Shown piece after piece: positions 27,272 to 37,495 of a stretch of DNA of 47,802 bases. Location of the stretch: positions 1 through 47,802 of the forward strand of contig CAXGSM010000011.1 in NCBI GenBank assembly GCA_964012435.1, given 5' to 3'. The notes under the pieces were generated by a model. It was not told the DNA's origin. It ran no database searches and saw only the letters and a list, made by a program, of their open reading frames with translations. Origin of the DNA: an uncultured bacterium. Lineage in GTDB: Bacteria; UBP7; UBA6624. Every line of letters begins with the position of its first letter. The stretch's first letter is position 1. The position numbers and the translations under genes were made by a program.

Positions 27272-28358
27272 TGACCTGCAACAAGAAATCCCTCATCATT
27301 GTAACCAACTCACCATCTAATATTTTTTGCACATTACCTGACTCTGATCCAGTTCGAGTATCTTTAACCATTTGATATGGATGCAAAACATAGGATCGAA
27401 TCTGATTGCCCCAAGCTATCTCCACCTTTTGGCTTTTTGAACGACGTCCCAACTCTTCCTCTCTTTTCAACTGAACCAATCTACTTTTTAAAATAGCCAA
27501 GGCAATCGATTTATTTTGATGTTGACTTCTTTCGTTTGAGCATGTAACAACTATCCCTGTAGGCTTATGAACCGCCCTGACTGCTGATGATGTTTTGTTG
27601 GCGTGTTGACCACCTGGACCTCCACTTTTAAAAAAAGATACATCAATTTCCTTCATGTCGAGGTCAGAGTCTTGCGATTCCTCAATTTTAGGTGTTATTT
27701 CTACATTAGCAAATGATGTATGCCTGCGTTTTGCAGAATCAAAAGGCGACAATCTAACTAATCGATGCACTCCAGCCTCACCGTTTAACCAGCCAGAAGC
27801 CCACAGGCCTTGAATTAAGATTGTGGATGACAGTATTCCCGCCTCTGTTCCAGCTGTTTTGGATATTTGTTTTGTTTTAAAGCCCATAATTTCAGCCCAT
27901 CTAATATACATTCTTAGAAGCATATTGGCCCAATCCTGCGCATCAACACCGCCAGCACCCGCATTGATTGTTAAAATGCAGTCATTTTTATCCTCTGGTT
28001 TTTGAAACAGGAATTCAATCTCTAGTTTTTCTAGTTTTTTTTCAAGATTTTTAGCCGATTCAATTGCGATTGCAAGCATTTTTTCATCAGCCTCAAGCGA
28101 TAAAAGCTCACAATTGTCAGAAACATCTACGAATTCTGATTCAAGACTTAATAAAACCTCTTGTTTTTTTTGCAAAATAGCAAGATTTTTTTGAAGTGGT
28201 ATTGCTTTTTTGGAATCACTCCAGTATTCTTCTTTTGACAACTTTTCCTGTATGCTATCGATATCGGCCGTAAGAGCTTCTTGATTTACAGTTTTTAAAA
28301 CTCGTGTATAGAGATTTTTGATCGTTCCAAACAACTCCAAAAGAATGTCTAATTCCAT
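27264..28358 (-). CDS. prfB: Peptide chain release factor 2
   Basis: GVHRLVRLSPFD (SPF), RRHTSF, GGPGGQ, WGNQIRSY. Confidence 0.95.
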   Translation of the reverse strand: MELDILLELFGTIKNLYTRVLKTVNQEALTADIDSIQEKLSKEEYWSDSKKAIPLQKNLAILQKKQEVLLSLESEFVDVSDNCELLSLEADEKMLAIAIESAKNLEKKLEKLEIEFLFQKPEDKNDCILTINAGAGGVDAQDWANMLLRMYIRWAEIMGFKTKQISKTAGTEAGILSSTILIQGLWASGWLNGEAGVHRLVRLSPFDSAKRRHTSFANVEITPKIEESQDSDLDMKEIDVSFFKSGGPGGQHANKTSSAVRAVHKPTGIVVTCSNERSQHQNKSIALAILKSRLVQLKREEELGRRSKSQKVEIAWGNQIRSYVLHPYQMVKDTRTGSESGNVQKILDGELVTMMRDFLLQVNV

Positions 28359-28783
28359 TTTTTACCTGCATTTAATGGGTCAAGCCAAAATGATGAATTT
28401 ATTTTTTTCAACTTCTTTACCAATTCACATTCTAATTTTTTTGTTGATGTAATTTTTTTAGACAATTCCATTTGTTCTTTGACCAGCACCTCACAGTGTT
28501 TGTCAGGCTTTTGGCCCAGAAATTCAGTAATGAGTTTTTTTTGTTGACTGATCGGCTTCTTTGCAACCATAACCAAGGATTTCATTAGCGAATTGTTTGT
28601 TTCTTCACAACCTAGATGTTGATTTGTTAGCGTAACAATATCTCCCAAAACACTCATCAGTTCTCCTTCCAGTTTTTTTATGTTTTGTTTCGCCTGCGCG
28701 ATTTCTTGTTTCAGGATGTTAATTTTTCCAACAGATAAAACTAACCATAAAAGACATGCTGCGAAAATTAATTTAAAGACCAT
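28349..28783 (-). CDS. Membrane-anchored helical protein, possibly a very divergent LemA
   Basis: N-terminal TM followed by helices with LemA-like spacing. Confidence 0.45.
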   Translation of the reverse strand: MVFKLIFAACLLWLVLSVGKINILKQEIAQAKQNIKKLEGELMSVLGDIVTLTNQHLGCEETNNSLMKSLVMVAKKPISQQKKLITEFLGQKPDKHCEVLVKEQMELSKKITSTKKLECELVKKLKKINSSFWLDPLNAGKKWN

Positions 28784-30017
28784 CTACTCCCCATTTCTCC
28801 AATATGCTCATCCACACTGGGTCTTGCTTGATTTTATCAAAGTGGTTAATGGCATCTTCTTGATTTTCTCCAAAATATAACCCTATACCTTTTAAAAAAA
28901 ACCACTGCAGAGGGGGGTTAGATTCAGGCCACCATTGTGCTTGTTTTTCAACCATTGAATTAAGGTACCCAAACAATGGTGCTCTTATGGAGGCGGAAGC
29001 CTCTTCGAATACTTCTTGAAAATAAGCAGGCACAATTTCTTGCGGATTTTCCAAATCAGGATTTAAACTCTTGCTCAACAAGCTGTTAACTTTTGAGATG
29101 GATGCCATGAATCCTTCCTGCAACAAGGCATCCTTTTCAAAGGAAGTAGAAGCTTGTTCAAAATTTTGATTTAAAAAATTAATCCAACCATAAGAATTTT
29201 GACTCAGTGTTTCCATATTTTGAATTTCAGCCAATGGTTCCCGCAACCACGAATCCATCGTTTGACCTTCAGGTGGTTTTGTTTTGATAACTCGATTAAG
29301 CCAGCTTCCAATGAGGTTTTTCTTAGCAGATTTTTCAATTTTGGAACTCCACTTCAACATCAAAATACCTTCTTCCCTCACATCAGTCAAAGAAGCTTCT
29401 CCTGAGTTAAGCTCCTTCCACTTTATCCAATCGGTAATGTTTGTTTTTGGCCGAACTTGCTCAGGTGGAATTGATGTAAATGGAGACTGTGACCAAAAGC
29501 CCAAAAGACCAGAATTAGCAAATTCCGGTATGTCAATATTGTTTTCCAGATCAAGAACCAACATGAGCATAGCAAACGGTTCGCCATGAGCAACCACCAC
29601 ACCATCTTGAACAAGCAGCGCTGCTGGTATGCTTTTATCCCATGTTTGAACCCAGGCTTCAAGATTTAAGTCAGGCTGTGAAAATAGTACAGGATATTGT
29701 GGCGCAATACGTTTCTCAATCTCTCTATTGCTACCCCAATTTCCCTCTTCTGTAACAGCAAAAACCGGAACAATAGCATGTATTGCATTCAGTTCTTTTA
29801 AATTACGTTCTCGAGTCCTTGCAGCAGTGTTATCTAAAGGATGAAAAATATAAATTATTGACTTTTCTTCAACATCTGAAAAACGATGATCTTGCCATTT
29901 GTAGTCGAATGTTGCAAAATTCGGTAATTGAAAATCACCTGGTACTGGATCTGTCCAGCTATTCTGAAATCCGAGCCCTTGCCCTAAAAGTAGCAAAAAT
30001 GAAAAGACAATCATCAT
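28773..30017 (-). CDS. Exported protein with a redoxin-like domain (no CxxC) and a helical/TPR-like C-terminus
   Basis: Signal peptide; PGDFQLP, VFAVTEE, SIPAALLVQDG.VV..G.P; start at the TAATG overlap. Confidence 0.5.
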   Translation of the reverse strand: MMIVFSFLLLLGQGLGFQNSWTDPVPGDFQLPNFATFDYKWQDHRFSDVEEKSIIYIFHPLDNTAARTRERNLKELNAIHAIVPVFAVTEEGNWGSNREIEKRIAPQYPVLFSQPDLNLEAWVQTWDKSIPAALLVQDGVVVAHGEPFAMLMLVLDLENNIDIPEFANSGLLGFWSQSPFTSIPPEQVRPKTNITDWIKWKELNSGEASLTDVREEGILMLKWSSKIEKSAKKNLIGSWLNRVIKTKPPEGQTMDSWLREPLAEIQNMETLSQNSYGWINFLNQNFEQASTSFEKDALLQEGFMASISKVNSLLSKSLNPDLENPQEIVPAYFQEVFEEASASIRAPLFGYLNSMVEKQAQWWPESNPPLQWFFLKGIGLYFGENQEDAINHFDKIKQDPVWMSILEKWGVDGL

Positions 30018-30631
30018 TAAGCCCGTATTGCTTTTTTGAAGTTTAATTGTGAAATCAATTCTGACAATCCCCAAATTAAACAACTTGTTAAAACAAGCCA
30101 CAAAACACGCTCATCAGCTGGCATGACTGCTGTGATGTAGTTTGTCTTTATGTATATCATCAAAAGTGAACACAGAATGTAGTTTTTCCAACCCTTTGTA
30201 ACAAAAATACTTGCTATCGGAAGGGTCACCAGGAGGCCCATGGTTGATGTATCGCTCATGATGTAGGCTAGCAAAAATCCTGCAAATAAAATTTTGAACA
30301 TTGAGGTAAAAATTTCAGCCCATCGGTTTTTTCTTGCTTTTCCAAGAGCTGCATCGAGGCACAAGCAAAGCAAACCCAACGCAATGTATCCATGAACGTG
30401 TATGAGGGATGTTTGATCAAACGTTCCTTGTGCGGCGATTTGCAAAGACCTCAAAAGCATAAATACAGTTACCCATATTAGCGATATTGGAGGAACTTTG
30501 ATTTTAAAAATATAGAAAAAAATTAAAAAACCAAGCCAAAAGGGTAAATTCAGCTCAACAATACCCCAAGAGATGAAAAAAATAGTGATAATTTTTAGAT
30601 ATTCAACTTCAGACGTATTGTTTACTTGCAT
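30017..30631 (-). CDS. Hypothetical integral membrane protein
   Basis: Several hydrophobic segments; coupled to topA. Confidence 0.65.
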   Translation of the reverse strand: MQVNNTSEVEYLKIITIFFISWGIVELNLPFWLGFLIFFYIFKIKVPPISLIWVTVFMLLRSLQIAAQGTFDQTSLIHVHGYIALGLLCLCLDAALGKARKNRWAEIFTSMFKILFAGFLLAYIMSDTSTMGLLVTLPIASIFVTKGWKNYILCSLLMIYIKTNYITAVMPADERVLWLVLTSCLIWGLSELISQLNFKKAIRA

Positions 30632-32994
30632 ATACCGCTATCGAATCTCCAATCTTTCTTTCTTCTTTTCTTTTTAAGGTTTGTCATTAGGCAGCCAATA
30701 ATTTTAGACGCCTCTGACAATGTTAAATTTTGTATTGGTTTTTTTTGTCCCAATATTTCTTTAATCACCTTTTCGATTAGCTGCTCAGCAAGCAATTCTC
30801 CAAATTTTGCTTTAACCCCACATGGATCTGGATTTTTTTGTGACCCACTTATCATGGTCCCAGTAAGCGTTGCCATCTGTTTATCTGTCATCTTGGGCTC
30901 TTTTTCAGGATCGTTTTTCAAGGCCATTAGTTGTTTAATTATCGGATTGTTTCTTGGAAAATCAGCAACATTTTTAACCCCAAGCTCTTTCAATGCATTC
31001 TTTAAGAGCTTGCTTCCACCGATTTTTTGCTCAACCAATTTGTGTATAAAGTTTTGTTGCTTTTCGGTCATTTTTTGATCTGTTTTTTGATCAAAAAAAT
31101 GATTAATGTCATCTTTTTTTATCTGCATGAAACTTTCAAATAGCAATACAGAAATTTCCCATGCAAGTATTTTTCGACACGTGCCTTTTGCATCAACATA
31201 ATCTTTATTCTGAACGTTAGACCATGCTTTATTTATGCTTTCTTCCTTGATGCCTGCTTTTTTGCAATTTTTCACACATAAATTAAATTCATTTTTTTCT
31301 TGCCAGGTGTCTAGCAGACCCACAACATAAGCGGTTTGCTTAACTGTTGGCTTGGTGTAAGCAAGCTTGAAAATTCCATCCGCACTGTTTCTAAAAGACC
31401 CAAATGCATCCCATGGATTCTGCTGTCTTCCAGATTCAACATGATCAAGAAATTCTTCAAAATCAGCTGTAAAACCTTCATTAAATAATCCGCCTGGATA
31501 ATGTCCAATTATGGTTGCAATACCATGTAGGTCGATACCCAGGGCAGTTATTTTTAATTCACCATTTTTCTTTTCTAGATACCCATGTTTTGCAAGTGTT
31601 TGAATAGTGCTAACATATGTTGACGGCCTACCTATGCCGGTATTTTTCATTTTTCGAATAAGGGTGTACTCTTTGTACCTTGCAGGTGGTTTTGTTTTTT
31701 TGGAATCTTTATGGTGTTTAAATTTGGTTAATTTCTGATTAATTTGGATTTTGGTTTTCTTTTCTACATCTTTTCCATATACTTTTTGATAACCAGCAAA
31801 AGTAATGTATTTTTGATTCGCAATAAACTTAACAGCCCCCAAGGAAGCCTCCCAGGTTGCAGTTTTGTGTTTCGAAGGAGCCATTTCACTTGCCATGGTC
31901 CTGCTCCATATAATCTCATAAATTCTCTTGGTACCTTCTGGAAGATTTTTTGGGTTTCGAGTTGTTCCAGTAGGCCTAATTGCCTCATGCGCATCTTGAA
32001 CCTTTCCCTTTGCCTGCTTGGCTTTTTTGCTAGAAGAAAGGTATTCAGCCGAAAAATTACTTTCAATAAATGATCTTGCCTGCGATCTAAATGCCGGATT
32101 GATTCGATTAGAGTCAGTTCTCATATACGTGATAAATCCATTTTGATACAGCTTTTGAGCAGCACCCTGAGCTGCTGCTGGCGATATCCCATGATTACCA
32201 GCTGCTTGTATAAACGAATCAGTCGAAAAAGGTGGAGGTGGTGCAGACTGACCAGCCCTTTCACTTTCAGAATCTATTATCAAGGGTGTTTCTTTTTTGA
32301 TTAATTCTTCAATATTTTGCAGTTCTTTTAAATTTTTAGTTTGATGTTTGTTTTTCTTGTAGGGTTTTTCAAATACAGCTTTAAAAATCAAATTATCTGC
32401 CTCGATACGAAATTCGCAATAATCTTCAGGTTTATGCTTGCATATTTCTTTTTCCCTAGCGGCCGCAAAACCTAAAGTGGGTGTTTGAACCCTACCCATC
32501 CCCAGTGTTTTTTTACTAAGCTGAAATTGTGCCATCCTTGATGCTCTAAATCCAACATCTCGATCAGCCAGTTTTCTTATTTTTGCACTTGTTGTAAGGT
32601 TCCTGTCTATGTCACCTTGCAGGTTAGCTTTTTCCAAACTTTCAATTACGGCTTTTTTGGTTATTTCTTGGAACGTCATTCTGACGACGGGGGCATATTT
32701 GGATAATCTTGCCTCCAGTCTTTCGGCTATAAGCTCACCCTCTCTATCGGGATCTGAGGCAGCATAAATTTTTTTGATTTTTTTTGATTTAATGATTTTT
32801 TCTATTTTTTTGATTATTGCTTGGGATTTTTTATCTATGTAGGCCCAACCAAGCTTTGGAATGCCAGTCTTTTCATATTTGATATTTTTCACATCATCAA
32901 AATGTCCCTGGCATGATTCAACAACAAAGTCTTTACCCAGGTAATTTTGTATAGTGTTACCTTTTGCACCTGATTCAACAATGACTAAATTCAT
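30622..32994 (-). CDS. topA: DNA topoisomerase IA with atypical C-terminal domain
   Basis: LVIVES..K, DPDREGE, GRVQTP, ITYMRTDS (catalytic Tyr), QDAHEAIRPT, GIGRPSTY. Confidence 0.93.
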   Translation of the reverse strand: MNLVIVESGAKGNTIQNYLGKDFVVESCQGHFDDVKNIKYEKTGIPKLGWAYIDKKSQAIIKKIEKIIKSKKIKKIYAASDPDREGELIAERLEARLSKYAPVVRMTFQEITKKAVIESLEKANLQGDIDRNLTTSAKIRKLADRDVGFRASRMAQFQLSKKTLGMGRVQTPTLGFAAAREKEICKHKPEDYCEFRIEADNLIFKAVFEKPYKKNKHQTKNLKELQNIEELIKKETPLIIDSESERAGQSAPPPPFSTDSFIQAAGNHGISPAAAQGAAQKLYQNGFITYMRTDSNRINPAFRSQARSFIESNFSAEYLSSSKKAKQAKGKVQDAHEAIRPTGTTRNPKNLPEGTKRIYEIIWSRTMASEMAPSKHKTATWEASLGAVKFIANQKYITFAGYQKVYGKDVEKKTKIQINQKLTKFKHHKDSKKTKPPARYKEYTLIRKMKNTGIGRPSTYVSTIQTLAKHGYLEKKNGELKITALGIDLHGIATIIGHYPGGLFNEGFTADFEEFLDHVESGRQQNPWDAFGSFRNSADGIFKLAYTKPTVKQTAYVVGLLDTWQEKNEFNLCVKNCKKAGIKEESINKAWSNVQNKDYVDAKGTCRKILAWEISVLLFESFMQIKKDDINHFFDQKTDQKMTEKQQNFIHKLVEQKIGGSKLLKNALKELGVKNVADFPRNNPIIKQLMALKNDPEKEPKMTDKQMATLTGTMISGSQKNPDPCGVKAKFGELLAEQLIEKVIKEILGQKKPIQNLTLSEASKIIGCLMTNLKKKRRKKDWRFDSGICK

Positions 32995-33392
32995 TACCTG
33001 TCAACCCTCTCTTTTCTTTTTACATCTCTCCATATCTTCACAACATCTTCAGGTGTTGATGCTTTTTTGTCACCAAACACATGCGGATGTCGTTTTACGT
33101 ATTTTTTATGCAGAAGGGACAATTGTTTTGATATAGGCATATCCTCTTCGTCCTCAATACAGATTAGAAGCATCAATGCATTAAAGAATACATCTAAACT
33201 TTCTTCTATTTTTTCTGATTTCTTTTTTGAGCTTTCTAATTCGTGAATTTCGCTTTTTAAATAAGTTAAATAATTATCAAAATCCTGCTCCTTATCCCAA
33301 GGGCAACCTTGCGGGCCTCTCAAGTAGGCAAAGAGCTCATAAATAGAATCAAAAGGTTTTTCTTTGTCGAATTCAACTTTCTTTGTACACAT
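32994..33392 (-). CDS. mazG: Single-domain MazG-like nucleotide pyrophosphohydrolase
   Basis: LRGPQGCPWDKEQ, E..E...EE..D, RHPHVFG. Confidence 0.85.
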   Translation of the reverse strand: MCTKKVEFDKEKPFDSIYELFAYLRGPQGCPWDKEQDFDNYLTYLKSEIHELESSKKKSEKIEESLDVFFNALMLLICIEDEEDMPISKQLSLLHKKYVKRHPHVFGDKKASTPEDVVKIWRDVKRKERVDR

Positions 33393-33430
33393 GTGTATTA
33401 TTTATTTTAGAGTTAGAAAACCAAAAAGCA

Positions 33431-35011
33431 ATGAAAGAAAACAAAAGATCACTTTTTCCCATTTTTATCATTATGGCGGTTTTTTTATATGTTTTTAATT
33501 GGGGTGGAGGTTATTTGCTATCCAAAATCCCATCCAGCCTTTCCGTAGGAAAGAATTTCAATATCCAAGGCAACCCAATACGAGGATTTACCATAAGTGG
33601 AAATGTATTTTTAGATGATTTTGAATTTTCTATGATTGAGCCGATTCAAATTTCTGGCCCATTTTTTTCAATTTCAGAATCTATCCAAATTGAAAATTGT
33701 TTAATGAAAATGAGTTTAAATGATTTTTCAATATTTAATATCGCATCCGCAATTCAGTCAATAAAAATTCAATCAAACAATTGTCAAATAGAGATTGAAT
33801 TACCTGAAGAAATGCAATCGAAAACAGGTTTTGGCATTTTGACTGCTCAGCTTAATGGTGATTGGGATGTTGTGAGCGAAGACGGATATGCAGAGTTAGT
33901 TTTCGACCAGGGAGAGAATCTTCAAGCATGGTTTCAGAAAGGACATGCTGTAGGGCTGAAGGCCAATATAGAAAAAACCAGCCCTTGGTGGTCGTTCTTG
34001 GGTTTCAACACTGGACTTGGGCACCTTTATGTTGATTGGGATTTTAACGATAGTGAATTGCCCAAACAGCAAGGCAGGTTTGTTTTGAGCGACTTGAGTT
34101 CAGGACTGTTTGATGATCTTGAGGTTATTGGTTCAATTTACGAGGATGGTGACTGGTCTGCAAGCATCCCGATTGGAGCAAGTGGTTTTATTGGTCTGAA
34201 ATCCAATAATAACTATCTAGATGGTAATTGGGCAGGTGTTGATTGGGGTGTTTTGTTAAATTCAAAATATTTATTAGCCGATGCCCTTCTTGGCGAGCAG
34301 GGAAGTTTTTCTATTAGCGATGGTTCGATTACCTTGAACCCAGAAAAAGGTGAATATTTCCATCACATAGATGTTGCAAAAAGTATTGGCAGGCTGATGA
34401 ATAAAAATTCACAGTCTTTTGAAGGTTTTGAATGGATTTTTGATGAGGATGAAAATTTGAAAATTACCTTCAAGAATTTTTCATGGTTGTTGCCCAAGGT
34501 TTTTACCTGGTGGCCTCGTGGTGTCTTTAATGGTGGTTTGGAGATATCCATGAACGGGTCAATCTTTGGAGATATTCAAATAGACGGACCAGCAAAAATG
34601 AATTTGATGAATATTGATGTCGATTTAGATTTGTTTGATAATTCTTTTGAAATAAAAGATGACGGTACATATGTTTCTTCGTCATTGCTTTTGAAGTTTT
34701 CAGACCCGCCATTAGTTTTGGTCGCTAAAGATTTAACCGCGTCTGCCGAAGAGGGTGTATTTGCAACTGGAAAAATCGCTACTCAATCAGATGCTATTAT
34801 CCAATTTTTCGGAACCGAAGTTAAGTCATTGCTTGCTCTTTTTGCTGGATCTGATTATGACAAGCAGATATTTCAAATTCCAGTAGATATAACAGGCAGC
34901 CTTGATGATCCCAAGATAGTAATGTCAGAAATGCCAACACGATGGTCGATGTGTGAAGAGCTTACATTGCTTGATTGTTTGGAAAAAAGAGCTAAACAAA
35001 ACCCAAATTAG
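33431..35011 (+). CDS. Membrane-anchored beta-rich protein, AsmA/TamB-like
   Basis: N-terminal TM, GNPIRGFTI segment, C-terminal IPV.ITGSLDDPKI. Confidence 0.5.
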   Translation: MKENKRSLFPIFIIMAVFLYVFNWGGGYLLSKIPSSLSVGKNFNIQGNPIRGFTISGNVFLDDFEFSMIEPIQISGPFFSISESIQIENCLMKMSLNDFSIFNIASAIQSIKIQSNNCQIEIELPEEMQSKTGFGILTAQLNGDWDVVSEDGYAELVFDQGENLQAWFQKGHAVGLKANIEKTSPWWSFLGFNTGLGHLYVDWDFNDSELPKQQGRFVLSDLSSGLFDDLEVIGSIYEDGDWSASIPIGASGFIGLKSNNNYLDGNWAGVDWGVLLNSKYLLADALLGEQGSFSISDGSITLNPEKGEYFHHIDVAKSIGRLMNKNSQSFEGFEWIFDEDENLKITFKNFSWLLPKVFTWWPRGVFNGGLEISMNGSIFGDIQIDGPAKMNLMNIDVDLDLFDNSFEIKDDGTYVSSSLLLKFSDPPLVLVAKDLTASAEEGVFATGKIATQSDAIIQFFGTEVKSLLALFAGSDYDKQIFQIPVDITGSLDDPKIVMSEMPTRWSMCEELTLLDCLEKRAKQNPN

Positions 35012-35036
35012 ACAATTCTGAGCATAATAAATATGT

Positions 35037-35843
35037 ATGCCAAAACGAAAAGGGAAGAAAAAGAATCAAAAATCCGTCTTTTTTTCAAGTTTACTCAGGA
35101 TTTTTTTTAATTTACTAATTGTTTTCTCTCTTTGGGCAGCTCTTCCTTACTTTTTGGCTGACACAGTAAATATTTCTGGTTTCGAATACATGAGAGCCAC
35201 CGGGTCGTTGATGACAAATGCTACATTAAAGAACGCTCGTTACAAAGATCAACACATTGTCATCACCATGCCAGAAATCTCTATAGAGGGTGCTGCGCCA
35301 CTCGGGCAAGGTTTACAGCTTTCTGCAAGCGAGGGTACAGTAAATATCTCAAATAAGGACAGTCAAATAGACGCTTTCAGATTGAACTTGGACGTGCAGC
35401 CACTTTTAACAGATGTCAAGTCTGTTGAGGCCAGTTTTTTATTCGGTGAAGTTTTAATGATCGGCAGTGGAAGGTTTTATCACTTTGAAAAGAACAATAA
35501 TCGACCAATAAGTTTTTGGGATTGTTTGATTATTGCAACCACTCCTGAGGGCCTCAAGTTAGCTGAAGGTATTCTGCAGATGCCCCTAGAGGAGCATTTA
35601 GCAAGCTGGAAGCTTCCAGAGGATGCAATTGATGGCACAGCAGGAGAGGTTGTCTCGGCCATTTCAGGCTGGTTTGCTAAACAGGTTGGCAAACTGATCA
35701 CGGATTATATTTTTCTAGAGTTTACAGCAAAGCCGGATTTTGAATTGGTCAGAATGTCAAAGATTTCAGAAGAAGAGCTTAATAGTCAAGATTTTGAATC
35801 CGCAATAAGGGTTTTGTGGTCCAAGCAAAGTGGCAACTGTTAA
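35037..35843 (+). CDS. Hypothetical membrane-anchored protein with a TamB-like N-terminus
   Basis: Basic N-tail, TM, then GSL....TLKN.RY pattern. Confidence 0.5.
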   Translation: MPKRKGKKKNQKSVFFSSLLRIFFNLLIVFSLWAALPYFLADTVNISGFEYMRATGSLMTNATLKNARYKDQHIVITMPEISIEGAAPLGQGLQLSASEGTVNISNKDSQIDAFRLNLDVQPLLTDVKSVEASFLFGEVLMIGSGRFYHFEKNNNRPISFWDCLIIATTPEGLKLAEGILQMPLEEHLASWKLPEDAIDGTAGEVVSAISGWFAKQVGKLITDYIFLEFTAKPDFELVRMSKISEEELNSQDFESAIRVLWSKQSGNC

Positions 35844-36837
35844 AAACACATATGTTCTTGGTATAGAAACCTCTTGTGACGATACCGGATTGGCAATTAT
35901 TTCAAATGGTGAAGTCGTTGCTTTTCAAAAAAGCTCACAAGGGGTTCATCAAAACACGAATGGAGTTGTCCCACAGATTGCAGCCCAAGAGCATTTAAAA
36001 GAAATTGACTTTTTATTTGAGGCATGTTTGAATGATGCCAAAATTACAATGCAAAAAATATCTGCAATTGGAGTTACATCTGGCCCAGGGCTTATCGGAT
36101 CCCTTGCAGTTGGAGCTTCATGGGCTTTAGGCTTATCTCAGAATTTGAATCTGCCCATTTACGGAATCAACCATCTAGAGGGTCATGTTTTCACTCTTTT
36201 TTTCAGCGAAAACAAGCCAACCAAATTTCCTATTTTAGTTTTGTTAGCAAGCGGCGGCCATACAATGTTATTAGATTGGGATTATCCAAGAGAATTTAAT
36301 CAGATTTTTAATACCAGAGACGACTCAGCCGGAGAGGCATTGGACAAGGTTGCTACCATGTTAAATTTGGGTTTTCCTGGGGGCCCTGAAATAGAACGTC
36401 ATGCCAAGCAGGCAAAAGGTGATCATTCTTACAATTTCACTGTACCCATGCGCAACAAGACGGGGTTTTCGTTTTCTGGATTGAAAACCGAAGCAAGGAA
36501 AAAAATTAACCTAGACGATAAATTAAATTTGGCTGACTTTTGCGCCAGCTTCCAAAAAGTAGCTTTTGATCATCTTTTGGATCAGTCTGAAAAGCAGTTG
36601 GCTTTAAAACAATACCATGGACTTGCGATAGTTGGAGGCGTTTCTGCAAATCAAAATTTAAGAAACAGGTTTCAATCTTTGGCTCGAGAACATTCTTTGT
36701 CTTTTCTTGCTCCACCGTTAAGGTTATCTACTGACAATGGTGTGATGCCAGCCGTTGTTGCTGAAAAAATGTTTAATAACGAAATTCAAGAGTCACCATT
36801 GAAGGGAATTTTTTCTAGATTTAATTTCAAGCAATGA
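35830..36837 (+). CDS. tsaD: tRNA N6-threonylcarbamoyltransferase
   Basis: GIETSCDDT, NHLEGH, TRDD.AGEA.DK, FSFSGLKT, TDNG.M. Confidence 0.94.
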   Translation: MATVKNTYVLGIETSCDDTGLAIISNGEVVAFQKSSQGVHQNTNGVVPQIAAQEHLKEIDFLFEACLNDAKITMQKISAIGVTSGPGLIGSLAVGASWALGLSQNLNLPIYGINHLEGHVFTLFFSENKPTKFPILVLLASGGHTMLLDWDYPREFNQIFNTRDDSAGEALDKVATMLNLGFPGGPEIERHAKQAKGDHSYNFTVPMRNKTGFSFSGLKTEARKKINLDDKLNLADFCASFQKVAFDHLLDQSEKQLALKQYHGLAIVGGVSANQNLRNRFQSLAREHSLSFLAPPLRLSTDNGVMPAVVAEKMFNNEIQESPLKGIFSRFNFKQ

Positions 36838-37478
36838 ACACTAGCATCTCCACGAATGTTCTTTTGATATGGCCAGGCGATAAGAAAGTAGATGTTAATT
36901 TAGTTAATTCCTTAGTCAGGAATGGCCTTATGATTATCGAGTATAGGCCTTGCTTGAATCAATCACAAGACAGTATCGTTGAAGCTTTAATCGAGTTAAA
37001 AAAATTTGTTCAAATTGTTTTAGTCAATAATGAAGTCAATGCAATGAAGTATTGTGATGGGGTTTGGGTAGGGCAGAATGACATGTCAATACCTGAAATC
37101 AAGCAGTCAGAATATTTCGACGATCGCATGCTGATAGGAAGAACTGTTAAAAGCTTGAATCAACTTGATTTTGCAATCCGCAATAATGCGAACATGATTG
37201 GAGTGGGAGCGGTTTTTGAAAGCCAAACTAAGCAGGACGCATCGTTAAGCCGTTGGGGTTTGATTCAAAACATTATGAATCAATCTAGAAAACCAGCATA
37301 TCTTATTGGTGGATTGAATCTCAGTAATTTAAACATTTTTCTTGAAAGTTATCATATTGAAAATTTAAGAATTGCAGTGTCCTCCGCTGTTTTGCGATCA
37401 AGCAGTCCAGTTCAGGCATTTGTAGATTTGAATAATTTCGTCATTGAATATAGAGGCAAAATAAATAAAAAACCTTAG
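36834..37478 (+). CDS. thiE: Thiamine-phosphate synthase (divergent)
   Basis: DGV.VGQ.D, IGRT, GAVF.SQTK, IGG; the usual QxR and ND motifs read EYR and NN. Confidence 0.7.
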   Translation: MNTSISTNVLLIWPGDKKVDVNLVNSLVRNGLMIIEYRPCLNQSQDSIVEALIELKKFVQIVLVNNEVNAMKYCDGVWVGQNDMSIPEIKQSEYFDDRMLIGRTVKSLNQLDFAIRNNANMIGVGAVFESQTKQDASLSRWGLIQNIMNQSRKPAYLIGGLNLSNLNIFLESYHIENLRIAVSSAVLRSSSPVQAFVDLNNFVIEYRGKINKKP

Positions 37479-37495
37479 AATGCTTTCTTTACATT

